Below, piece after piece: positions 35,412 to 45,527 of a DNA stretch of 64,000 nt. The notes beneath the pieces are model-generated. The model saw only the letters and a list, made by a program, of their open reading frames with translations. It did no database searches and had not been told where the DNA came from. Positions within the stretch are counted from its first letter, which is position 1; every line of letters starts with the position of its first letter. This DNA comes from a virus: the IMG/VR virus record IMGVR_UViG_3300024264_002047; one strand, 5' to 3'. The position numbers and the translations under genes were made by a program.

Positions 35412-35921
35412 ATGAAACAAGTCCCTAACGTAACGTTTAAAGTAAGAAGCAGAAACGTAGAAAGCGGTGAGTTCGATTGGACCTACCCTACAACTGACGA
35501 TTACTTTAAAGGAAAAAGAGTTGTAGTATTTTCACTACCCGGAGCCTTTACACCAACGTGTTCTAATAATCAAGTCCCAGGATTTGATGTATTGTATGAC
35601 CAAATGGTTGAGGCAGGAATTGATGAAGTATACTGTATTGCATGTAATGATACATTTGTAATGAATGCATGGGCTGAAGATTTGAGAGTTAAGAATGTTA
35701 AATTGATTCCTGATGGTTCTTGCGAATTTACAGCAGGAATGGATATGTTAGTCGCAAAAGACAATCTTGGTTTTGGTAAAAGATCTTGGAGATATGCTAT
35801 GGTCGTAGACGATAGTACTGTTGAGAGAATGTTTACCGAAGACGGAATGGAAGACGACTGTGGAACAGATCCATACAGTGAAACAACGCCTGAGAAAGTA
35901 CTTGCTTATTTGAAAGGCTAA
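35412..35921 (+). CDS. Peroxiredoxin (Prx5-like)
   Basis: PGAFTPTCS, ND.FVM.AW, GKRSWRYAM. Confidence 0.93.
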   Translation: MKQVPNVTFKVRSRNVESGEFDWTYPTTDDYFKGKRVVVFSLPGAFTPTCSNNQVPGFDVLYDQMVEAGIDEVYCIACNDTFVMNAWAEDLRVKNVKLIPDGSCEFTAGMDMLVAKDNLGFGKRSWRYAMVVDDSTVERMFTEDGMEDDCGTDPYSETTPEKVLAYLKG

Positions 35922-35971
35922 ACAATTAAAAACAATCCACGTTTGGTGACATCCATTCCTGGCCGTTTTAT

Positions 35972-35995
35972 GGGATCCTTCGGGGTCCCTTTTTT
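35972..35995 (+). terminator. Intrinsic terminator with UUCG loop at the strand-convergence point
   Basis: GGGATCC-TTCG-GGGTCCC-TTTTTT. Confidence 0.88.
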
Positions 35996-37922
35996 AATTA
36001 GGCATCAGCGCCGTATCGCCGCCTGTGAATAGAGTTCTTTTGTTAACTGTACTTGATTTATCTGAAGCATCTACATACTGATTAACATCTCCGTTTTTAA
36101 TAATAGTAATCATTTGTCCTTTAGTCATTGCTCCATCTTCAACTAATTTCATCATTCCTGTTACTTGCTTGTCGTTTAAATAATCATCTTCGGTTGATCT
36201 TGTGAAAAAATCTATTAAAGAAAGGCGCTGATTTTCAGCTTGTTCTTCTCTATACTCAAGCATATCAGAACTAGTACCAAATATTCCAAACTTCAGCGCT
36301 TCGACGAATCCTTTAGTTACTTGCTTGGTCATTTGTTCTTGAGTGCCAAAACCCTTTTCAATTCTTTCTGCTACTAACAAGTTAACACGATCTAACTCAT
36401 CTTGTTTTTCTTTTAATCTAGCTGCGATATCGGCTTCCCGCTCAGCAATTTTACTGGCGTCAGTAATCTTTTTGCCATACCGTGGAACAAGCCCTCCGTC
36501 TGGGCTAGCATCAAAACCCATTATCACCTGATCGCCTTTTTCCATGTTAATAAAATCTATCTGTTTGTTCAACTTGGCACGCTGATTTCCAATCTCATTA
36601 TTGGTCGCGTTTAACAATTCTTGAGATGGTCCTTTGGCTTGTTCTTGTAAAGCTTCTATTTGTTCAGCATCTAACTCTCTTGTACCATCTGCATGTTCTT
36701 GTAACATTATTTGCGCAGTTTTTGCATTAGTCCTTGCCAAGTCTTCGCCCATTTCATCAAAGCTAATCTTTTCTTCTGAAGAGGCCTTAATATAGTCATA
36801 TGCCTTTTTACCTACACCAAACGCAAATCCTAATATTGCTCCAACCATCGCGCCTTTAGGACCAAACATAAAGCCTATTGTCGCACCGGCCAAGGCCATA
36901 GAGCCTACATCAACAGCATCGCCTGCGTCTAAGGTTAACTTTTCATTGGCAATTTGATCTGGTGTCATGCCTGAAACTTCTGCTCTTATAGCATCAGCAA
37001 TCTTACTGCCAATCATAGCAACACCGATACCAACCGCGGTGAGGGCTACTCCTCTTAAGCTAGTAACAGTAGACAAGAATCCTTTAGAACCCTCAACTCC
37101 AGTCATTACGCCTTTATTTAGCATCTTGGCCAACATGCTTGTTCGTATGGCTTCACCAGTTACATTAAGAGCAAGCGGTATACCAAAATCAATTGCCGTC
37201 CATGCAATCAGCGCTTTGGTAAATGTAGCCCATGGAGTATCTCCAAGGAAGCTGGAAAATGATTTTATACCATCTCCGATTGCTTCATAATCTATTTCTT
37301 CGATAAACTTAGTAAATTTACCGTCTGTCCATTGATCTACTATACCTCTAACGACGTTAAATCCAACAAACGCAATTGCAGCACCTTTTAATAGTTTAGT
37401 AAAGAAGCTTAATGGATTTGTAAGTACCTGCCCTGTAATAGTATTTTCTTTAAGGTAATTTTTTGCTTCAGCGGCTCGCTCTTTTTTCTTTTTATCTTCC
37501 TCTTCTTCTTTTCTTTTTGCCTCAGTTACTTGTCTTAACTTTTCATCTTCTAAATTATTTGCTATGTTTAATTTAGCAGCTTCCTTTTGTAACTCAATCG
37601 TTTCTTCGTCAAGACCTAATGCTCGTAATTGTTCTGCATCAAATTGAACTGGAATTGGTTCTAATGTTGTTTGGGCTACTGCTTGTGCGCCTTGAGGTAA
37701 TGGCCCAGTGAACGTATTAGGATTTGCGTTTAGCATTTGGCCAAACGTTTTATTTAAATTAGCAAGCTCGTTTTGTATACCTTGAAAGAGTACACCAAAT
37801 TTCTCGAGGTTTATTTTAACCGTCTTTAAAGAGTTCTTTCCGTCACCGCCATTACGCGTAAGGGATCCCTCTCGTTTGAGACGATCTAAAATTGCTTGTG
37901 TATCTCTACTTATTTCTGCCAT
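35994..37922 (-). CDS. Probable tape measure / baseplate hub gp29-like
   Basis: 642 aa, coiled-coil and Gly/Ala-rich hydrophobic segments; follows gp26/gp51. Confidence 0.6.
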   Translation of the reverse strand: MAEISRDTQAILDRLKREGSLTRNGGDGKNSLKTVKINLEKFGVLFQGIQNELANLNKTFGQMLNANPNTFTGPLPQGAQAVAQTTLEPIPVQFDAEQLRALGLDEETIELQKEAAKLNIANNLEDEKLRQVTEAKRKEEEEDKKKKERAAEAKNYLKENTITGQVLTNPLSFFTKLLKGAAIAFVGFNVVRGIVDQWTDGKFTKFIEEIDYEAIGDGIKSFSSFLGDTPWATFTKALIAWTAIDFGIPLALNVTGEAIRTSMLAKMLNKGVMTGVEGSKGFLSTVTSLRGVALTAVGIGVAMIGSKIADAIRAEVSGMTPDQIANEKLTLDAGDAVDVGSMALAGATIGFMFGPKGAMVGAILGFAFGVGKKAYDYIKASSEEKISFDEMGEDLARTNAKTAQIMLQEHADGTRELDAEQIEALQEQAKGPSQELLNATNNEIGNQRAKLNKQIDFINMEKGDQVIMGFDASPDGGLVPRYGKKITDASKIAEREADIAARLKEKQDELDRVNLLVAERIEKGFGTQEQMTKQVTKGFVEALKFGIFGTSSDMLEYREEQAENQRLSLIDFFTRSTEDDYLNDKQVTGMMKLVEDGAMTKGQMITIIKNGDVNQYVDASDKSSTVNKRTLFTGGDTALMPN

Positions 37923-37930
37923 TTAATTTA

Positions 37931-38098
37931 TTACCTTTTAGCGTTCTCACGCGCTTCTTTTTGTCTTTCCATGAACTCTAATAACATTGAAAAATATAAA
38001 TCTCTTTCATACGGCATTAGACCTTCAATATCACTAACACTCCACTTATGATGTTGTGCCAAACCAAAAATAGATTGATAATAATGCCCTAGACTCAT
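37931..38098 (-). CDS. 51: gp51-like baseplate hub assembly protein (55 aa, not in ORF track)
   Basis: MSLGHYYQSIFGLAQHHKWSVSDIEGLMPYERDLY. Confidence 0.8.
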   Translation of the reverse strand: MSLGHYYQSIFGLAQHHKWSVSDIEGLMPYERDLYFSMLLEFMERQKEARENAKR

Positions 38099-38109
38099 AT
38101 GGCTAAGGC

Positions 38110-38811
38110 CTATATAAAAAAACTACGCATCCCCTCAATTACAAATACTTTTTCATCTTCATTACTATTTGTATATTTAAGTTCTTGTCTAAGCTTTGGC
38201 ATTGTATCAAAGAAGTTGGATATCTTCTTAATTATATCACCAGTCAAGTTATCCATAAAATCAGCAATATCTTCTGGAGTATAATCAGCAAAGTTATGTA
38301 CTTCATCTTCTGTTGCCAATGTATCTAAACAAGAAACCATAATAACATAATTAACTAACGGATCGGTTGCTTCCATATCAATTATCTTTGTAAAATCATC
38401 AATGTTTGGATACTTTAAAAATAAAACTAAATCATCATTAATTCTAACTTCTTTACTATGATTCGGATCTCTTAATATTTCCATGTTTTCGAGATCCATC
38501 TCAAGAGGTATTGATTCATTAGTATCAGGATCTGTTATTGTAAATGCAGCTGTATTATTTACTGCGCTTGCTCTTAGCTTTAAAAATATGTATTCTAAAT
38601 CTAACATTGATATTTCTTCAATTGGTTTATCAATTAAACAGTTATTTACTACTTGTTTGATTGCCACCATTTCTACCATCGGATCTTTTGATTCCGCTGC
38701 TACTAATAATATCTTTTCTTCTTTTACTGTAAACGGTCTATATAAAACTTCACTATCATCGCTGGGTAAAGTTATTTTGTTTAACGGTAAATCAATTTTT
38801 GGTAATGCCAT
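38110..38811 (-). CDS. 26: Baseplate hub assembly chaperone gp26
   Basis: MALPK, YRPFTVKEEKILL, DLEYIFLKLRA, FFDTMP, EGMRSFF. Confidence 0.88.
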   Translation of the reverse strand: MALPKIDLPLNKITLPSDDSEVLYRPFTVKEEKILLVAAESKDPMVEMVAIKQVVNNCLIDKPIEEISMLDLEYIFLKLRASAVNNTAAFTITDPDTNESIPLEMDLENMEILRDPNHSKEVRINDDLVLFLKYPNIDDFTKIIDMEATDPLVNYVIMVSCLDTLATEDEVHNFADYTPEDIADFMDNLTGDIIKKISNFFDTMPKLRQELKYTNSNEDEKVFVIEGMRSFFI

Positions 38812-38828
38812 AATATATTTCCTATTTG

Positions 38829-39629
38829 TTATCCTTTAGTTGGAAGATTGTCAGTTATGTTATCTAACGAATTTCCTATTCTTTGTAATTTGTTAACTGC
38901 GTCTTGAATGTTTCTTGGTTTGCCTGATTTTAATGTTCCTCTTACAGTATCAGCAAACCCTGCTACATCTCCAAGAAGATCAAGTAAACCTGCGCCTCTT
39001 GTTGAACGTGATCCTGTATGTCCTGCTTTATCTGCAGAGTATTCGTAATCGTCAAACGCAAATTGTACTTGTATTGTTAAGAACGTATCTGTTCCATCCC
39101 AAGCCATTTCAACTCCACCCACATTAATTGGATATGCTTTTTGTAATACCGCAGAGTAATAAGACCTTGGGTTACTGTCTGTAGAAAAATGTTTGATTTC
39201 TAAATCACAAACATAATCATCTCTAAATCCAACTTCGTGTGGAAGCTTTTCTTTCCATTCACTATGAATACCACCTGCAGAACTATAATTTAAAACGTGC
39301 CGAATCCAATAATGAAAGAATCTTAATGTATGATGATCTGAATCGCAAATGAATGTTGCTGTAATTGGACCAGGTGTAGTAATTGCGCTCGGAATAATTT
39401 TTGATAGCTGACCAACGTAATCGTAGTTTGTTGTATTAATAGCAACACCAGGAAAAGTAATTGCACTACAAAACATCGTAAACGTTCTTGCGTCAAATTT
39501 ACCTTTATCTGCTTCCGTTGCGGTATTCATCCATTTAGGATTAGTCATCATGACTTCAAAAAGATTCGCCTTGGCCGGGCCACCAAGACCTTCAAACGTT
39601 GACTTAAATCTACTAATATTAAATGCCAT
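38829..39629 (-). CDS. Tail-tube-fold baseplate protein (gp54-like)
   Basis: GGPAKANLFEV, C....FPG, AYPI, V.FAF. Confidence 0.7.
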   Translation of the reverse strand: MAFNISRFKSTFEGLGGPAKANLFEVMMTNPKWMNTATEADKGKFDARTFTMFCSAITFPGVAINTTNYDYVGQLSKIIPSAITTPGPITATFICDSDHHTLRFFHYWIRHVLNYSSAGGIHSEWKEKLPHEVGFRDDYVCDLEIKHFSTDSNPRSYYSAVLQKAYPINVGGVEMAWDGTDTFLTIQVQFAFDDYEYSADKAGHTGSRSTRGAGLLDLLGDVAGFADTVRGTLKSGKPRNIQDAVNKLQRIGNSLDNITDNLPTKG

Positions 39630-39631
39630 TC

Positions 39632-40246
39632 TTAACTCCTAGCAATCCTTCTTGAATCCGCCCACACAGTACCCTGACTTTGTTTCTGAAATGATTGTAC
39701 TGGTAAAAATAATGCAGTGTCCCATTCGGACGCGGCAATCTTTATAAACTTTGACCTAACTTGTTTAGCCAAATACATTTTAACTGTAGGCTTAAAGAAC
39801 CGAAAATTTGAAGCACTCTGTAACAATTTATAGTTTATATTTAATACGGTATTCTCATCGTACGACTTATCTGAAGCTACTGTATATAATGCATCCATTA
39901 ACTGTGCTCTCATCTTCGGTGGCAAGTAATGCATATTCATTCCAAGTATACCACCCTTTACCTTATTTATGGGAAATATGAGTGGGAACCTGTCGTAATA
40001 TGGTAATGTTGCTTTATGTTTAGGATCGTATTCAAAAAAGTACATTGAACCATATACTTGATCACCACGTAACTCTCCTTTTGCTCTTCCTTTATCTTTG
40101 GTACTTAATATAGCTTCAGCAGTTATTTCTTTACCTGCTTTAAGTGTAGCTTGGTTACGATACCATTCTCGTGCAGCCTGAGAACGAGCAGGCATTTGCC
40201 CTTGTCGTATACCCTTTGCTAATATATCTGAAAATAAAGTTGCCAC
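39632..40246 (-). CDS. 2: DNA end protector gp2
   Basis: YDPKHK.TLPYYDRFPL, GMNMHYLPP, FLPV. Confidence 0.92.
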   Translation of the reverse strand: MATLFSDILAKGIRQGQMPARSQAAREWYRNQATLKAGKEITAEAILSTKDKGRAKGELRGDQVYGSMYFFEYDPKHKATLPYYDRFPLIFPINKVKGGILGMNMHYLPPKMRAQLMDALYTVASDKSYDENTVLNINYKLLQSASNFRFFKPTVKMYLAKQVRSKFIKIAASEWDTALFLPVQSFQKQSQGTVWADSRRIARS

Positions 40247-40708
40247 TTATCGTGCTCCTGGAATATGATGTTCTGTCATAATTGTAAAATGCCATCCTCG
40301 GTCAGCGCAAAAGTTCTTTGCTGCTTTCCATTTTGCTTCGTTAACTCCCCATGTTTTAACTTCATTTAAATACCTTCTTGAAACTCTGCCTGTCTTTGTT
40401 TTATTCTTATTCTTTATATCAGGCGGTCTACATTGAGCGCTTGGTTTGATTTCAATCATAATAGTTTGAGGATTACCTAAGTTATCTCTCTTGTGTACTA
40501 TTACATCAGGAAAGTATCTATGTACTCTACCGTCTATCGGAGACCTATATGGAACAATTACTTCTTCTGATTGCCACCATATTACATCTGGGTGAGAATC
40601 CATCCATTTAAATACTTTAAACTCCCACAAAGACCTATAAATAATTTTTGTAGGGTCACCTTTATACTTATTGGGATCTTTTGGTCTAAATCTACCCTTA
40701 TATGCCAT
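40247..40708 (-). CDS. 4: Head completion nuclease gp4
   Basis: YKG, YRSLWE, W.SEE, HRYFPD, EIKP, N.AKW. Confidence 0.93.
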   Translation of the reverse strand: MAYKGRFRPKDPNKYKGDPTKIIYRSLWEFKVFKWMDSHPDVIWWQSEEVIVPYRSPIDGRVHRYFPDVIVHKRDNLGNPQTIMIEIKPSAQCRPPDIKNKNKTKTGRVSRRYLNEVKTWGVNEAKWKAAKNFCADRGWHFTIMTEHHIPGAR

Positions 40709-40728
40709 GATATACTTCCGATTACTGT

Positions 40729-40736
40729 TATAAATA
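40729..40736 (+). promoter_or_regulatory. T4-type late promoter TATAAATA
   Basis: Exact consensus in divergent intergenic region; AATAAATA variant on the minus strand at 40755-40762. Confidence 0.7.
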
Positions 40737-40793
40737 ATAAATTAACTATATACATATTTATTACGATTCGTCGGAACGAATTGAGGAAAATTC

Positions 40794-41855
40794 ATGGCAA
40801 GACCTGACTTTAAAACTAGAATGGGAGATAGAGGCGGTATAGACCGACTTCAATGGCCAAGTGGACAGTTCCCACACGGAATCCAGTTTATATTCAAAGA
40901 CTATAATTATTCCGAGTTTATTTCTAAACCACCCGTTGGTAACTTAACAGGTGGGGGTGGAACGAAATGGGGAACCGCGGCACAAAGAAGAGCTAAAGAA
41001 AATGGTACCTTTACATTAGAATTACCGTTTCCAAATACACTAACAGATTCCACAGGAGTTCAGATCAATTCTTTTGAACGTGGATTCATTGAAGAGTTCC
41101 TTACAGGACAAGCAGTGGCCGCGGCAGACGACCCTGTTGCTGCAGCAAAGAAACTAGGCAACGCAATTGCTAGTGGAACTCAAGGACTCCTGAGCGGCGA
41201 TGCCATGGATGGTGAATCAAGTGGAATGTTTAAAAGATTAATTGGTACATTAGGAACAAGTGTTCTTGGTGGATTAGGACTTGGAGAAAAATCAATTGGT
41301 GCAGCTTTAGGTTCAGTACAAAATCCACTTACTACTTTACATTTCAGCGGAGTTGATTTAAGAAACTTTTCTTTCTCATGGTCAGTATATCCAGCCAACA
41401 AACAAGAAGCTGATGATATTAAAAATATTGTAAATAAAGTTAAAAGCAAAATATTACCACAAGTACAACCTCTCGCACCGTCAGGAGAAGGCGCTGAAGG
41501 ATTGCGTGATGTAACTAGTGGTGGATTAGCAAGAGCGTATTTAAAGTATCCTTCAGTTGTAATGATTAATCTTTTAGGAGTTGACGAATCGCACTATCCG
41601 AGATTTAAAGCTTGTATGTGTAAAGGTATAGATATTAACTATGCAGACAACGGAAGTTCACCAACAATTGCTCAAGGTGGTGTACCTATGGGTATTAATA
41701 TTTCAATGACGTTTATGGAACTCGAGATACAAACCGCAGAAGATTATGGTATGGCTGGGCTTCCTGCATTAGATGTTCAAATACCGAAGGTGGTAGAAGC
41801 AACCGCAAACAATACAGTAACCCCAACCCCATCAGCAAATAACGCAGGAGGATAA
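40794..41855 (+). CDS. 48: Baseplate tail-tube cap gp48
   Basis: NP...F.GVDLR.FSF.W..P....E, YP, FMELE. Confidence 0.82.
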   Translation: MARPDFKTRMGDRGGIDRLQWPSGQFPHGIQFIFKDYNYSEFISKPPVGNLTGGGGTKWGTAAQRRAKENGTFTLELPFPNTLTDSTGVQINSFERGFIEEFLTGQAVAAADDPVAAAKKLGNAIASGTQGLLSGDAMDGESSGMFKRLIGTLGTSVLGGLGLGEKSIGAALGSVQNPLTTLHFSGVDLRNFSFSWSVYPANKQEADDIKNIVNKVKSKILPQVQPLAPSGEGAEGLRDVTSGGLARAYLKYPSVVMINLLGVDESHYPRFKACMCKGIDINYADNGSSPTIAQGGVPMGINISMTFMELEIQTAEDYGMAGLPALDVQIPKVVEATANNTVTPTPSANNAGG

Positions 41856-41856
41856 A

Positions 41857-42237
41857 GTGTCTTATAAGTATTTTCAAGACTTCCCAGTAATCAGATATGA
41901 AGGAAGAAAGGTAAGAGACATTTCTCGGCGTGCTTCTTTTATGAGGGCCGTTTCTAATAACCCATACTTATATTATTCATATACCGTTAAAGATGGCGAA
42001 CGAGCAGAAGATGTTGCTTTAGATTATTACGGTTCAGTTGATTATATTTGGTTAGTGTATATGGCAAACAATATCATAGATCCTTATTATGAATGGCCAA
42101 TGGATGCTCAAACATTTAATGATTACTTGGTAGATAAATATACCGCAGAGTCTGGTAAAATTGGTGAAGATGTTATTGATTGGACTAAGAATGAAAGTAT
42201 TGATGAAAACATATTATATTATATCAAAAAGGTTTAG
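41857..42237 (+). CDS. 53: Baseplate wedge gp53, N-terminal part
   Basis: YF..FP, Y.VKDGERAE.VA..YYG, NNIIDPYYEWP. Confidence 0.85.
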   Translation: MSYKYFQDFPVIRYEGRKVRDISRRASFMRAVSNNPYLYYSYTVKDGERAEDVALDYYGSVDYIWLVYMANNIIDPYYEWPMDAQTFNDYLVDKYTAESGKIGEDVIDWTKNESIDENILYYIKKV

Positions 42238-42246
42238 GGATAGCAC

Positions 42247-42501
42247 ATGGCAGTAAATGATATTATTTTAGCACCGGAATCATTCCGAACAATTTATCTT
42301 CGTAGAGAGGACCGTGTCATTCTGCGTACTGAACGTGGACAAAAGATTATTGTGAAAAGAATCATTCCTGACGATTGGATTCCTTATCGTATCTTCGAAT
42401 ATGAAACACAACTTAATGACAATAAAAAAGAAATCTTTTTATTCGACGATGTCTACTTGGGACAAATAACTCGAGAATTACGAGATAGCGTAAGCGAATA
42501 A
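42247..42501 (+). CDS. gp53 C-terminal-like segment as a separate ORF
   Basis: FEYETQLNDNKKEI resembles the gp53 C-terminus; in frame with the upstream ORF. Confidence 0.65.
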   Translation: MAVNDIILAPESFRTIYLRREDRVILRTERGQKIIVKRIIPDDWIPYRIFEYETQLNDNKKEIFLFDDVYLGQITRELRDSVSE

Positions 42502-43805
42502 TGGAAGAGACTTTTAACCCAGGATATTGTACGATTGAATCTGCAGAGATTATTACTGCCGATAGAGAGTCTGAAATTATTACTGGTCTTATTGGTAGGT
42601 TTGATTTACAGCAGTCAATGGCCAACGGAACAATTACCGGTTCTATTGATGTTTTAGATGGTGTTGGTTTATTAACAACATTGCCTATTAGAGCAGAAGA
42701 AAATTTAAAACTTAGACTTAAATCACACGACCTACAAACTGAACTTAATTTAGATTTACAGATAATAGAAATAAGTAATGTTTCAATACAAAAAGAATCA
42801 GGCGATCAGTACGCTTATACATTACACTTTGTAACAAGGTCTTCTTGGCAAGCAATGACAAAGAATGTTATTACTGCTTTCCGTTCCAAGTCCGCTTCTT
42901 ATTGTGCAAAGCAATTATTTAAAACATACTTTAAGAAAAACCTTGGAAAGAATAGAACGTTTAATGTAGAAGACTCTGATGGAGAAATGAGAGTTATTAT
43001 TCCTGACTATAATCCAATACAAGCAATGAAATTTCTTTGTGCCAAGGCGTTTACGAATAAATCTAAATCATCTACGTTTCGTTTCTTTGAAACAGTTGAT
43101 GGTTATAACTGGGTAACTGATGAATGGTTATTAGCAGAAGCAAATAATGCCGAAAGAAAATCATTAAAGTATTCTCCTATCGTTGATCGTAATCCATTAG
43201 CAGGTCCTGTTATTATAGAAACATTATCTGAGTTCACTACTTCCAATCATGTTAATACATTAAAAGATTTAACAAACGGTGCGTATAAAAATTCAGTGAT
43301 GGAAATTGATTTCACAACAAAAAAGAAAAGAGATTTCCATTACGACTATGTTAAAAAGAAAAGTAAGTATAAAGGAATGCAAGGTAAAGTCGGTGGTGTT
43401 GTAGGTTTAAAACATACTGAAAGTTTTATTAAAGATACGTTCACTGAATCTAATGCACCGCAAAGTGTTGTGTATAGAGATTGGTCAGCTGCAGGCTTCG
43501 AACAGAAACCTGGGCAAATACCTCGCGGTGAACAACATATGACTGAGATTATTCAAAACAGAAGAGCTTATCATTATCATTTAAATGAAAACATGTGTAA
43601 TGCTGTGATTCGCGGTAGGTTAGATTTAAAGCCAGGTGAGGTAGTTGATTTAACAGTATTAGAACCTAATGCTACTTTAGAAGGCGAACAGAATAAAAGA
43701 TTAAGCGGTTACTATTTAATATATGCAACTTCACATAATATAGACGGTACTAATTTAGAAACAGAATTGGCAATGATTAAATTTGATTGGGAAACAGGCA
43801 GATGA
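42501..43805 (+). CDS. Baseplate hub protein (gp27-like)
   Basis: Position before gp5; FRFFET, LSGYYLI....H motifs. Confidence 0.65.
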   Translation: MEETFNPGYCTIESAEIITADRESEIITGLIGRFDLQQSMANGTITGSIDVLDGVGLLTTLPIRAEENLKLRLKSHDLQTELNLDLQIIEISNVSIQKESGDQYAYTLHFVTRSSWQAMTKNVITAFRSKSASYCAKQLFKTYFKKNLGKNRTFNVEDSDGEMRVIIPDYNPIQAMKFLCAKAFTNKSKSSTFRFFETVDGYNWVTDEWLLAEANNAERKSLKYSPIVDRNPLAGPVIIETLSEFTTSNHVNTLKDLTNGAYKNSVMEIDFTTKKKRDFHYDYVKKKSKYKGMQGKVGGVVGLKHTESFIKDTFTESNAPQSVVYRDWSAAGFEQKPGQIPRGEQHMTEIIQNRRAYHYHLNENMCNAVIRGRLDLKPGEVVDLTVLEPNATLEGEQNKRLSGYYLIYATSHNIDGTNLETELAMIKFDWETGR

Positions 43806-45526
43806 ACACAGCAGATGGTTCAGGAATAGGACAACCACATTTCTTTATAGGAGTTGTGGAAAATAACGTAGATAAATCTTTTGAAGGAAAGATACAAGTT
43901 CGTGCGTTTGGTATTCATGGTACACACTCTGATATTTCTACAAAAGATTTGCCTTGGGCAATTTGTGCTTCAGGTAGTTACGATCCAAACAATCCACCCC
44001 CACCTTTAAATGCTTTTGTTTATGGAATGTTCCTCGATGGAAGAATGGCACAGCATCCATTAATACTTGGATTAATCCCAGGTAAATATAACGAAGAGAT
44101 GGATCCCATAAAAGATGGTTATGGAGTGATAGCAGAAAAGGATGGTGATCTATTAGGTGGTGATTTTGCACCTCGACAATTTAACACAGGTGGCGGTCCT
44201 GATAAATTAGCAACAGGTGAAAGATTATTAGAAACTTATTTGTTAGCAATGGCAGCAAATAGAGTACACGATCAAAAGATTGCGAATACAGATGAAACAT
44301 GGTCAGAGCCATCACCAGCATATGCTGCCAAATATCCATTCAATAAAGTAATTAAAACAGGAAGACATAGTATTGAGATTGATGATTCTCCAGGGGCAGA
44401 GAGAATTATGATTCATCACAATAGTGGTTCTTATATTCAAATAGATGCAAAAGGATCTGTTACTGAAAGAGCTGAAGCAGATCGTTATGAAGTTAATATC
44501 GGAACGAAACATGAATCGTCAGGTCATAGTGTTGTTACGATTAATGGTAATGCGCATGTTTATGTAAAAGGTGATAAGACCGAAGAAATAGAAGGTGACT
44601 ATCGAATGCTTGTTCATGGCAATGCCGAGTTTGGTGTTGGTGGACAAATGAATCTAAACGGTGGTGAACAAGTTCAGCTTCGTGGTGGTGATGTTAAGTT
44701 AGAAGCCAATGCAGGTATTATGACTGTATTTGGTAAAAAGGAAATACAGTTTGAATCTGTTAATCAATTAAACTTCGTTGCCAAGAATATTAAAAATACT
44801 GCCCTTAACACCTACGATGTATTCTCAACCAAGGCTATAAAGTTATCTACTCCTGGAGACATACATTTATTTGGATCAAATATAATCAATACGGCTTCTG
44901 GGTTAATCCCACCAACACTGCTTACAGGGACTTCTGTTCCTACACCAGGATGGAGTTTAACAACACCGTTAATGAATATTGCTTCAGTATCAACTTCTCA
45001 TACAGGAGTGTTTAATACAACTGCTATTAACTCCGGTATTATTACTTCAAGCAGTGTTGTGAATTCACCATCAGTTATCGCAACGACGGTAGCAGCAACA
45101 TCTGGTGACTTTACTACTTTGGGTGCACCACTTATGACGGCAACAGGTGCTGCATATAACGGAGCTTATCGTCCACCAGTTGTAAGTGTATCAATACCAA
45201 GTGTACCTGCATTATTACCTCCTGCACAATCTGCACCAGTAGTTGCACCGTTACCTGGGATTACTTCAGGTTGGGCGTATCCTACAGGTAATAGCCCAGA
45301 GTTTCTCGCTAAGGTATTAAATCCTGCATCTGCATTCCTTGCTATTGTTGCCGACTTTGTTCCAATTGATCTTGGAGCATGGGGTATGACATTATCTAAA
45401 ATGCCTGAACCTCCTGGGAAGTCAACTTCTATTATTCCTAAAGGTTATTTCGCAATGGGTCATGCATCAGGCGTTCTTGCACCACTTGATGATTCTGCAA
45501 CTAACTCTGATATAGGAGGCGTGTAA
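43802..45526 (+). CDS. 5: Baseplate central spike gp5 (no lysozyme domain)
   Basis: FIGVVE, VRAFG.H, LPWA, G.FLDG OB-fold; YPFNKV, EIDDSPGAERI; beta-helix repeats. Confidence 0.88.
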   Translation: MNTADGSGIGQPHFFIGVVENNVDKSFEGKIQVRAFGIHGTHSDISTKDLPWAICASGSYDPNNPPPPLNAFVYGMFLDGRMAQHPLILGLIPGKYNEEMDPIKDGYGVIAEKDGDLLGGDFAPRQFNTGGGPDKLATGERLLETYLLAMAANRVHDQKIANTDETWSEPSPAYAAKYPFNKVIKTGRHSIEIDDSPGAERIMIHHNSGSYIQIDAKGSVTERAEADRYEVNIGTKHESSGHSVVTINGNAHVYVKGDKTEEIEGDYRMLVHGNAEFGVGGQMNLNGGEQVQLRGGDVKLEANAGIMTVFGKKEIQFESVNQLNFVAKNIKNTALNTYDVFSTKAIKLSTPGDIHLFGSNIINTASGLIPPTLLTGTSVPTPGWSLTTPLMNIASVSTSHTGVFNTTAINSGIITSSSVVNSPSVIATTVAATSGDFTTLGAPLMTATGAAYNGAYRPPVVSVSIPSVPALLPPAQSAPVVAPLPGITSGWAYPTGNSPEFLAKVLNPASAFLAIVADFVPIDLGAWGMTLSKMPEPPGKSTSIIPKGYFAMGHASGVLAPLDDSATNSDIGGV

Positions 45527-45527
45527 A

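Noticed and set aside
40636-40643. TATAAATA inside gp4 on the opposite strand as a functional late promoter
   Set aside because: Lies in coding sequence of an AT-rich genome; a better-placed copy exists at 40729
42232-42249. Genome-wide TAG recoding suggested by the in-frame TAGs in gp53
   Set aside because: Core genes translate full length in code 11, TAG ends gp25, gp26 and others at expected positions, and no suppressor tRNA is seen
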